In this document: piece after piece, positions 24,301 to 36,300 of the stretch
How the letters are laid out: every line of letters begins with the position of its first letter
Numbering within the stretch: the first letter of the stretch is position 1
Assembly: GCF_001194135.2 (NCBI RefSeq)
Contig: NC_068981.1
Span: forward strand, 154,000,179-154,050,123
Direction of reading: 5' to 3'
Origin: Octopus bimaculoides
Taxonomy: Eukaryota
DNA: 49,945 bases
Translations under genes and position numbers: made by a program
The notes under the pieces: generated by a model
Databases searched by the model: none
The model's input: the letters and a program-made list of their open reading frames with translations, nothing else
What the model was told of the DNA's origin: nothing

Positions 24301-27300
24301 AGAATTAGGTTAATTTAGGCAGTACAAGCTGCAGCATTTGCTTTATAAGACAATTTCCTCATTAGAAAAAAATATCAACAGTAAATAAATAGATTGTATT
24401 TAATTTAAAATTTCTCACAGTAAACAAAATTACTATTTTGAAATCTTAACTTATGTCACCAGTCAGAAATAAAAGCAAATGATGAACACTTAGTTGACTA
24501 ATTGGTTACCTACTTTCCAAAAATTATCATCGGGCTCAAACTCTTGGATTGCTTTGTTAACAGCTGCTTTTAACTCAGCAGAAGGATGACAAAAAGTTTC
24601 TAAAACCAGAGGGACACTGAAAGAAATAAAGAAATCAACAACATATTTAACATAATAAAGAACTTACTGATAGGGTACCATGCAAGATTACACAACTTTT
24701 AAAGAAGTAAATCTAAATTTTTGCAAAGATTGACAAATTTCTTTATCTGTGACCAATAAATTAGATTATGTACTGAGTGTTTGTGTATTTTTAGAACCAT
24801 CTAATTAAACCTTTCAAAGCTGAAAATTCTTAATTAACAACTAACCAGGATTATCTGACAATTCAAAGAAATGCTTTCATTTCAAATGACTCTTGCAAAT
24901 TTTGTCAGGATTTTAAAATCTATTCTATTTTATTCTTTAATTTTGTTGTAAGCTAAAAATAATAGCACACACACCCTTGCATACAAACATAATCGGATGT
25001 TTCAATGTCGTGAGATCTATGTTAGTTGTTGGAGATACAAGAAGGTATATTCAAGTTTAATATAAGTAGCAGGAAAAACTTTTGCAACTCAGCAATTAAG
25101 ATAATTGTAAAAAAATAAAAATAATTAATCTGATGTCTGCTTCCAATCATTCTTTCTGATTAAAATATCTAACACATTTTTTTCTTTTTTCTGTAACAAA
25201 AAGAAATGTCTTTATGTGTTAACTAATAAATATTTCCAAGTCCTTAAAATAATCCCTCCTTACAAATAGAAAAACAGCAGCTGTAAAGTTTTAGTCATTG
25301 AAATAATACTTACTCTTCAAGCCGGAACAAAGTCAACCAATCTTTATGGTCATCTCCAGATTTCAAACCACTAAAGTTAATACTAAAAGAATAACAAAAG
25401 CAGCTCAATAAGTTATTGTCAAAGAAGGAATTTTTTTAATCCTATTTTTGAATAATCTATAATTTAACAATAGATTTGGATTAATTTCAGAAAAAGAGAA
25501 GGGAATAATAGGTAAAATATTTGTAATAAAATATCAACAACAAATTCTTTTATGTAGAGTGTTCCTGGCTGGTTAAAAATTATAAATGAAAATAGTGTGA
25601 ATTTATGGCTACATGATTGAAAAGTTCAATTCCCAACCACATGGTTCTGGATTCAGTCCCACTGCACAGCACTTTGGGCAAGTATCTTCTACCAAGCCTT
25701 GTGAGTGGAACTGTTAAAGAAAAACTGAATGACTTCAGTAATTGCAGCATTTGTTGCTGTAATATTATTTATTGTTGCTGCTCTTGCAGTTGTATCTGCT
25801 GTTGTTGCTGTTTTTGCAACTCAAGCAAACCTGCCAACAAATTTCCATACTTTTATAATTTTTTCATAAAATTCACATAAGAAAAACTTTGAGTTTGTTC
25901 ACATCTCATGAGTTGTTAATTCCTCGTGAGTTGTTTACACCCTCGTCAAGCTTATTAATTCCTCATGAGTTGTTTAAATCCTTGTTGAGTTTATTAATTC
26001 CCTGAGAGTTGTTTAAACCCTTGTCAAGTTTATGAAATCCTTGTCACCATTCTTAACATGTTGGATTGTTATAACACCCACTTTGGTATAAAGTATACTT
26101 AGTAAAACCAGTAAAGATACGACTATCTCTGACCACCTGCTACATATCCTGGTACTTCACGTACTTCTCTATACTTATAGTGACTAGGTTATTCCATTCG
26201 TCACATGGGAGAGGTGTACCATTATTACTAATTCCCTACAACAGTCACACAAGAAACACTATATTTCAGTTGAATAGACCAAAACAGGCTGTTTTGCTCC
26301 AGACCATTCCCAACTGAGCCAGTCTATTATCAAAGGTGTTTCAACCACAACCAACCTATCTTTTCTTCAGGCATAGTCATAGAGGACTAAATTATTAAGC
26401 ATATCCTTCCTTTCGTAAAATAGTAGGGTGTAATTTAACAGAGATTCAGTTACAGGTCAAGCTAATGTATAGAGTTTCTTGTTGGCAAGTACCAACAAAA
26501 CTATTTACAAAACAAATTAGATGACGATGATATTAATTCTATTGTAATTTTATGAAATATTTTCTTAAATTTACAGTTGCAGGCATGGCTGTATGGTAAG
26601 AAGGTTGCTTCCCAACCACATGGCAGATGATTTGGTAGACAGAAACCGAAAGAAGCTTGTCGTGTGTGTGTGTGTGTGTGTGTGTGTGTCTTGTGTTTGT
26701 CTTGACAACTGGTGTTAGTGTGTTTACATCCCTGTAATTTAGCAGTTCTGCAAAAGAGATCGACAGAATCAGTACCAAGCTAAGGAAAAAAAGTACTAGG
26801 GTCGATTCGTTTGACTAAAAATTCTTCAAGGCAGTACCAAAACATGGCCACAGCCTAATGACTGAAACAAGACAAAATTACACTAGAACACAATAATTAC
26901 TAAATTAGAAGAAAATTTAATGAATTTTGACGTCAGTCAAAAGAAAAAAATTATGATGATATATATATCATATAGTGGATTACTCACTTTTCTAGTTCCT
27001 TAAACAATTCTTCGTAATCTTCTTGACAGATTATAACTTTTGAGATTCCAAGATTTACACGTCTAAGCTGGAAATGAAAAATAAAGAATTAGTTATCTCC
27101 AGAATTATAGACTTGTAATCTATCTTTCCAAACATGTAGCTAAAGATCAACTGATTTGTTAAACTAGAAAAAAAGTCAGAGAAAGAGAGAACAAAAGTAA
27201 TAAAAAGTATTTAATATTAATATAGGTGCAAACATGGTGGTGTGGATGTAGAGTTGGTCTTGAGTTCTATCTTACTGTGCAGCACTTGGACAATTGTCTT

Positions 27301-30300
27301 CTACTGAAATGACAAAATACCAGGCAGCCCTAATTACTAGTTTTGTCTGCATACAGTTGTAGAAGCAAAGACAGGGAAATATTTCACTAATGCTAGATAT
27401 GAAAAACTATCAACAACGAGGAGCTCAGAGGAAGAGTAGATCAATACCCAGTGTCCATCACCATCTACAAGTGCCTACTGAGTTGGCTGGGACATGTAGG
27501 ACTCCTGACAAACACACTCACCAACCAAGTACTTAAGTTAAACCTTTAGAGGCAACGGTGCAAGGGACATCCGAAAATGAACTGGCACCAGATGATCAAC
27601 AGGCGCCTTCAGCTGGTAAATCTATGATGGAATGATGTACCGAGGGGGACTGTTGACCAATCCTACTTGAGTATTTTGACTTCCCCATGCATCATCTGGT
27701 GCAGGAGTACTTCGGTCTAAGTAAGTCAGATATGAAGTTGCAAATTTGTCAAAGGACTTGAGTTGGATTTAGTCTAACCAGAGACAATACAGAGAAACAG
27801 GGCATAATGATAGAATCCCCCTTCACTGAAGAACAGTCCAAACCACAAATCACCTGCTGGTTTGCTCATTATTAGATTTCCCTGACCGTTTTGGATGTCA
27901 TGAGAAATAACACAAAGAATGTACAAAATTGTATAAAAAAAAAAGAGGAAAGATTTGATATAAATACCATTGTTCGTATAATGTCAATCTTCCAGAAGAA
28001 AGATGAAAGTTCACAGCTTGAGATACAGGCAGTTCCATTGAAATTGAAGAGGTGGATTGCAATTTCAGGAGTGAGTTCTATTCTAAAAATATGAAAAAGG
28101 TTAAATAATCACATTAACTTTCAAGATTAAGTCCAAACTAATCTATGATGAAAGGCATTCCAACCATAACCATTTCATCTTATTTTCAGGCATACTGTGT
28201 GCTACATTCATTGTGTTTTTTTTAAGATGGTAAGGTGCAGTTGAAAGTGAGTTGACTGCTATTTCTAGCCCTTGAATAGCCAGCCATGCATAGAGGCTCC
28301 AAAAGGAAACCAGTAAAATGTTTTTTTAAAATCCATGGAAAAATACAATAACAAACTAAAGGACAACAGAAAATTAATGCATGAAGTTGTTACTGAATGC
28401 AGAGGAATTGAAGTAAATGGTAGATAATAACAAAATAATGCAGGATTCATTGAAGATGTTATGCTGCAATTTCCCCCCCCCCCCAAAAAAAAACCCAGTC
28501 TAAATGCAGGCATGGTTAAGACTTTCACATTACAAATACATAGATTGAGGTTTAATCTCACTGCATGGTACATTCTTTTGTGACAACTAAAATCTTAAGA
28601 ATGAAATTCCCCCCACCAGCTCCTACAGTGCTTTCATAATTTTTAACTCACCCACCCACTCACCCTCTCCAATCCCCAATCAACTTCACCATATACACCT
28701 CCCTGCAACTTGGGTATACAGCCCCTGCCCCCTTTTCATCACATCTTTATCATCTTCACTCTCTCCACCTGAGGTCGCTATGTTTCCTCCTCTAATGCAA
28801 GACGTTTTTTTTGTCCCTCAATACTACACCCCATTCAGCTGATGCGTCTTATGCAATTTACTTGGTGACCTCACTGCTGCTATGTAAAAAGCACCTAGTA
28901 CACTCTGCAAAGTGGCTGGTGTCAAGAAGGGCATCTAGTCATAGAAACCTTGCCAAAACAGACAGCAGAGCTTGGTACAGTTTCCTGATTTACCAGTTCC
29001 TGTCAAACTGCCCAACTCATGCCAGCTTGAAAAATAGACGTTAAATGATGATGATGGTGATGAAGAAAGGCTGTGTTGCAGCCTTGTTTGAGGAACTTTT
29101 CCTGTTCTTAGGGTAGACTCAATCTGTTGTCCAGTTTAATGCTAACACCTGGCCCATAGGTACCTGCTATATAAATTCTGTTTCACTACATGCATTTGGG
29201 TCAGGTGTCTGGTCCTTTTCCCTTCCATCAGCCCCAGAAGCCCTAAAAAAAAACAGTCATGTTCAGAGCAGTTCCACTTATTGATTTATGTAAAAAAAAA
29301 AAACAAAGTTAGATCAGAATAGGAAGATTTGTAGTGGTTTTTTACACATGGGAAGTAAAAAAGTAACTGAGCATTCTCCATAGTAATAAAAGAAGCCAAC
29401 ACAAAATGGATGTCAACTAAGTTTGATCCTAAATCAATTAGTAGCCCTTACTTATCCTTAATTTAAAATATTCTGCTAAATCACACATCACCTTTGAAAT
29501 ATCATCATTGGTTAACATCCAAATTCCATGCTAGCACAGGCTGGATGGTTCAACAGGATCCAATGGATCTAAAGATTGCATCATGCTCTTGTGTCTGCTT
29601 TGGCATAGTTTTTATAGATATATACTTTTCCTAATGTCAACCACTTTACAACATGTACTTGGTGCTTTCTCCAAGCCACCAAGTAGTTTTCAAAATATGA
29701 ACCCCAATGAAACAGCTTTATGTTAGGAGAGGACAGATAAAAGTATAAGAAATGGGACCAGTCAATAATAGAAAAATACATGATTTATTTACCTTTGAAC
29801 AAATGGCTTTAAATTATTTCCTTGACTGATAGGGTATTCTTTTGAGATGTCTGAGGTATGTAGGTTGTTTGATAAGAAATTGCCAGGATTCATATTTACT
29901 TTGCATATAGAATTGGTAATTGGCATAGTAGAAATACTTGTAGGACGCACAACCACTTCACTTTTGGAACATTTGTTAACCGGAGGAGGTAATTTGTTGT
30001 CTGACTCTGTTCTTGAAGGCTGAAAGAAGATACACAAATGTATCTAAAATTTCTAATCCATAAGGAACTTAATAACTAACATTCTCATATATTAACAGAG
30101 CACCAGCATGGTCTTGGTTGAAGCGGTTAAAATAAACTGAGGAACTACATGAAAGACTACCCATGCAAAACCTCATTACTATAAAATATATTATCAGCAG
30201 TGAACTCAAATAATATTCACAAAGTAAATTAACTGATTTCAAGAATTCTCTATAGTTATTTTTAATGGAATAGAAGGCAGTGAGTATCGTTAGCATGCCA

Positions 30301-33300
30301 GGCAAAATGCTTAGCAACATTTTGTTCATCTTCAGGTTCCGAGTTCAACTTCTGCTGAGGTCGATTTTGCTTTTCATCCTTTCAGGGTCAATAAAATAAG
30401 CACTTATTGAGCACTGAGGTTGATGCAATTGACTTAACCTTCTCCAAACTTGCTGGCTTTGTGCCAAAATTTGAAACCATTATTTTAATGGAAATGTCCA
30501 AAAGGGGCTGTGCCACAGCCATTTGCCTGCCTTCCAGCACTGATAAGACTGATATGTTTGATGTTCTATTTGAACATCCTGTAAGTTCACATCTGCAGGT
30601 AAAACACAGGCAGGGAATGAATTCTAGAAAGTTGATGCTCTGGGTAGAAAAAATGTAGCAGTATGCCAAGTCTAGACCATGTGAGGATAAGACACATGGG
30701 TGGCATCTCGCCACTCCAGAGAAACAGAGACCAATTTTGTAGGAGTGGAAGTTGGTAGGAAATGAGACAGTGCATTAGCAGAGGTCGAGTGACAGTAATT
30801 ACTGCTGGCTGTGTAGAATAAAGCAGAGGCGATGTGAGACCAGTGTATTAAGTGAGCCTTTACTGGAGCAATACAAAATACAACTCATCTGGGAGGTTAG
30901 ATAAATCATTGCTATTTACTTGTGGCTTCTACCCTGAATACTAGTGTTTATAGCAGCCACAGGTGTCAGCAATATCCCAATGTAGATCTTACTTAAGCAT
31001 TTTAGAGTGTTAGCAGCTCATTCCTCATCATTTAACATCTGTTTTCCATACTGGCATGGGTTAGACGGTTTGAGAGGAACTGACCAGGCTCCAATTGTCT
31101 GTTTTGGCATGGTTTCTACAGCTGAATGCCCTTCCTAACTCCAACCACTTTACAGTGTGTGTGCTGAGTACATTTTATGTGCCAATGGCATAGATGCAAT
31201 TATGTGGCACTGATGTGAGACCAGTATCCAGCAAATAAAATCTCATTTAAAAGACTGACGGTGATAATTCTTTAACTCACTTCTTTATTGATCTTATCTT
31301 CACATGTGCCTGTGGCAAGAGATCCAGGATTAATATTGGTTGTTTCTGAATGCATCTTTCCTGGAAAATGTAGGAAGCATAAGGAAATTACAATACAATG
31401 CTGTACTACTGTATGTTAATGTGGGTGTACTTAATAAAATATAATGGAAATTTCTTCTCATTTCTGAAATATTTTCATTTTTAAACATTTGTAGTAATGC
31501 TACTGCTGAATTAGAAAGAAAGCACTGAGAGAAAAAAAAAAGAAAAAACAACTTAGTATACTGTCAAACATACTAAGAGCATTGGAATTTATGAGTTAGG
31601 TATGTTTGTACTTTATAACATTAGCAAGAATAGTTTTTTCCATACATTTAAATCTAAATTTATGCCACACCTAATGAGGAGAGGGAATTCAAATCAATTA
31701 CATAAACAAATATTTTAATTTGATAAACATTAATTGAAAGTGGAACTGTTTTAGATTAGCCTTCTGTCATGTATTAAAATGATAAACAAGATGGGCTTTG
31801 TTTTTATGGATCAAAAGAAAAAAAAATTAGAAAATAAAAAGTAAAAAATTTTTAAATTGGAAATATGCCTTGTGTACCATTTACTTTGCAGTTTGAAGTT
31901 TTAATGTGTTCGATCTGTTGTTGTAATGTCATTGTAATGTCATATTGTTTTTGACTAGGACTGACAGATTGATCCAGAGAATCCTTGGTAATTTCAGAAA
32001 AAATATTTTCTTCAGAGATGCCAGAAATTTCAGGTTTTGGACAATTCTGAAATAACTAAAAAGGATTCAGTTTAGTTGCATTAAAGACAGAATATAAAAC
32101 ATAGCAGAAAGATTCAGTGAAATACCAAAATTATGCAAGTAAGTACATACATTAATAAGCAAACCAAGAAGAAATCAATAATACAAGAAAACATTTATAA
32201 AACATGAAAGACAACCTCAATAGCTGCAGTGGTCATGGGTAATGATTGCGATTGCAAGGAGCAAAAGATATTTTACAACGGGATATTTTCCCAAATGACA
32301 ACTATTTCACTATGAAACATATGGTACATTATTTGCAGTAAGATTCAAACTTTTCATCTATGTACTTGTACTCTCTTCCCTCATGAGTTACTTTTTTTTT
32401 TATATAAAAGTTTATATCTAGAGAAACTGAATTTTAGCACAAAATGTTCTTTATTATTTAAAAAAAAAAAAAACTATATCAAAGCACTTATGCATAAATT
32501 ATTACTGTTTGCACTTAAAAAAAAATGTACACAATTGTTTTTCATCTCTACCCTCAATTTTAATTATCTGATACTCTCCCTTCACATTCTTATGAAACTA
32601 CCCCACAGACCAAATCCTCTCTTATGCTCACCTTTTTGTACCGTAAGTTTGCTCTGGCACTCCACCACTCCCATCTTTATCATCTTCGCAGTTACTATAA
32701 CTCATCCTTATATAATGTGGGGTACCTTATCCATAACAAGATACCTGTACTTGTCATACTTAGCCTATCAGCACCTGGCATAAAGCCACCCGCTCCCATT
32801 TAGTCATGGTGGGGAATTTTTCCTTTCTTGTTCTTTTTGTCTTGCAATTTACTTAGCAACCTCACTAGTGCTGGTGGCACACACAGGTGCTCAAAAAGCA
32901 CCCAGTACACATTTTAAGGCAATTGATGTTAGGAAGGGCATCCAGCTGTAGAAAACATACCAAAGCTGACACTGGAGCTCAACAGATCCCATCAAACCAT
33001 CCACTCATACTAGCATGGAAAGCAGACATTAAATAATGAAAATAAGAAATTACTAGGAAAAAAAGGTGGGAGGAAATTATGCAACTCAAGTTAGCATGAA
33101 ATACTTAAATATGTTACCATAATTTAAGAAGTTTACTGTATTCTTGTAAACAAATTTTAAATATCAGCTTTGAGACAGAACTCCATTCTCATGAAATTAT
33201 ATTTAACTACTTGTGTGAATTATTGATTCTGATTGTCTACAGTATTTACCAAACAATTATTTTAGTTCTCTGTTCTGTGAATTTAACATATTTCTTGACC

Positions 33301-36300
33301 TAAAGATTTACCACACAAATTATTGAGCTGTAAACATAGTATTCTGATTAAATCATTTTCATAATAATCTCTGATATCAAATAATATATTTGCACATCTT
33401 TGTGTATCCAACTTAACATGACGAAGTTTAGCACAAAAGACAACAACTACAGGTAAGATTCTAACTAATTGCACAGGAATGGTTAAACTATTGCTAATAC
33501 AGGATTAGTTTACAAGAAGATAGTTTCAAGAACATGTAAAAAAAAAAAAATGCATTTCTTAACCAAAGATTATCTTTACTGGAGATTGAAATAATCCTCT
33601 AATACTATCTGGGAAGAAACATGCTATCACTAAAACATTATCCAATGAATAATAAATAAAAGTTTTAATTTTGTGGCGGAAGAAAATGGCTAGAAACAAA
33701 ATTCTTTTTGTATATATTTGTAATAGTGAAGAATCCAAAATAAACAGAGATTTTTAAATAATTTACAATACAGAAACAAAAAATATATTAAAAAAGAAAA
33801 CAGATAAGTAAAAAGATCATTCCATAAGTATTAAAGCTAAAATTGGATGCAGATACAAAGGACATAACTCACTGTGTATGTGTGTCCACAGAACATATGC
33901 ATTTGAAACTATTTTCAAGCCTAGATTTAATCTTCAAAGAGAACCTAAATGATTTGATTTGATTATTGCAAATTAAGCTATTATGTAAAATAGTTATCAG
34001 TAAACTGTTAAACTTTGATAGTATTTGTTGAAGATGGAGATATTCTCTGAGAATAAATTACAATTGATAATTAAAAATAAAAATTCTGAATTATCACACA
34101 ATCAATTCTGTATAAGACCCATGAACTGGAGAAGTAAAAATCAATCTGTATTCAGTTTTCATCAAATTTCATTTAACAGAATCACTGGATTGCACCTTCT
34201 TAAAGACTTTTAAAACATGCAAAATGTTGCATCTCAGCAACACATTAATTTGACCAATAAATGATGTGAAATCTCATCAACTGTTATTGGAGATTCAAAT
34301 TCTTTTATCTAGGATGCTTTTCTATAAGAGGCAAATTTGATATCCCTGTTAATAAATTTGCTTAATATTACAATATAAACGTACAAGCAACATAATTTTT
34401 GTCTTTAATTTCTGACTAAGAATAAAATTAAAACATTTTTTCATAGCTTACAAGCAAATTTGACAGCAGAATTTACAAGTTTCATCATAACTCACACAAA
34501 GTTATTTTTTATAAATTTCAAATCAAATTATGCTGACTGTATATTTCCCATGCAGACATAATTGAACTAAGAAAATTGATGCAAAACAAAGAACATTTAT
34601 ATTTTAAAACTCCAGAGAGAGAGAAAGAGAAAAAGCTAGAGTTGCTACACCAGAACAGAATCAGCAAAGAATATAAAATACTGAAATCCAAAATAAAACA
34701 AATATACAACATAGTTAAAATGCATAACACAATCCTTCATCTGTATGTTCTTTCCTCATTAGGAATAATATTTGCTCTCAAAGTCAAAATTGTAACTGTT
34801 GCTGAATGCTATTACAGCCGACTAAGAGAAAATGCCTTCTTGCTTATTCAATAGTATGGAAAGGACAACAAAATACTAACAAAGCTTGCAGGATGACCAG
34901 GTTACAAATAAATAAATAAATAAAATAGCAGCAATTTCTTTTCCCATTATGGTCAAGAAATAGCAAATAACTAGGATAGAGAGACAGGATAGCTTTTACT
35001 GGGATAGCTGACACTGAACTAACTCACCAGTGCAACCAAAGACTGTAGGTAGACTGCATGTGGAAACCATTCTGGGGTTTGTTGAGGAAGAACTGGCTCA
35101 TGTTGATAGCCTATATTAGTATTTGTTGGCATTCTTTTATTTGTGCCTTCTGGCAGACTGCATCTCTAAAATGTAACAATCACCATCAGCAAAAATATGT
35201 GCAACTTATTTTACAGCAAATCTGATTGGTGGAGGTACAAATTACAAAGAGATGTTTTGTTTTTATATAAACAAATGAAACTGCACTGCAATAAAATTGT
35301 TTGTGTATTTTTATTTAAGAGAAAAATGAAGAATTGCAATTTCTGCCTTTGAAAAGGGCTAAAAAAATCTAGAAAGTAATCAATCAATTTGTCGATTATT
35401 AAACCAATGAAAAACAATAAGTTTTTTTGACAATATCTATTTTTCCATGATACTATAGGTTACACAGCCAAGCTATCATTTGATGTCAACTTTTAAATGA
35501 TTTTATATAATTTTCTATACTGAGTTGGACAGCTCTTGAAAGTCATTAAAGATTTAATGTATAATAAGAGCAATATCATTTAAAATGATGGAGAGCACTC
35601 CTATTGCTAACTATTCTAGCAATTAAGTTTAAGCTATAAGAACACTACAATGCCTATTAAGAAATTTAGAGCCTATATGTTAAAACAATTTTCCATGTCA
35701 TTGTGCTCTACACAAAATTGATTACACTAAATCATAACAAATAAATATGATGGATGTCTTTCAAAGATGTTCTAACCTTAAACTTTTGGGAATGTTTCTT
35801 TAAACTGTATGGAAATGTTCTATTAATGACAGACTCTAATGTTATTAAATGTCAATGTAGCAATGAAAGACATTTGCAGTATAAAATCTGATTTTGAAAA
35901 AAATCAGTTGAAGAATTTGAAATTGTTGAAAAGTCTCAATGGTGTGATGAAAAATTTATGACATTAAAACAGAAGTAAATGACAACCACAGTGTATGAGT
36001 TTATTAGCAGTATAACCTTCCCACAATACATCTAAAATTGTTTAATATTTGTTTTCTCAAACTAGAAAGGTCTAGATGGGAAATTGTTTTTGAGATACTT
36101 TTCTGTTGCCAACCCTCAGGTCTTCTAGTGATACCATTGTACTTCTTGTGTGTCCATAGCTTGCATTGAGTACACTATACAGAATTCCTGCCTACACCTT
36201 TCCTACATGTCAAGCAGTGCCATTTACCTAATAGGAGTAGAGCCCTACCAGTTTCCCTGTCTACAAATATTTTAGTCTTAATTAACTTCAAGGCCCTTTG

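Noticed and set aside
25905-26040. CRISPR-like array
   Set aside because: Contiguous degenerate tandem units with no unique spacers; eukaryotic context; no cas genes.
30407-30775. ORFs of 62-108 aa
   Set aside because: They start inside a SINE, and there are no splice signals or motifs linking them to either gene.
33283-33474. Minus-strand 63-codon ORF (KLRHVKLDTQRCANILFDIRDYYENDL...) as an extra TDRD5 exon
   Set aside because: The only good donor is phase 1 and breaks the phase chain; the flanking exons already join in frame; no recognisable motif. An alternative or poison exon cannot be excluded without RNA data.
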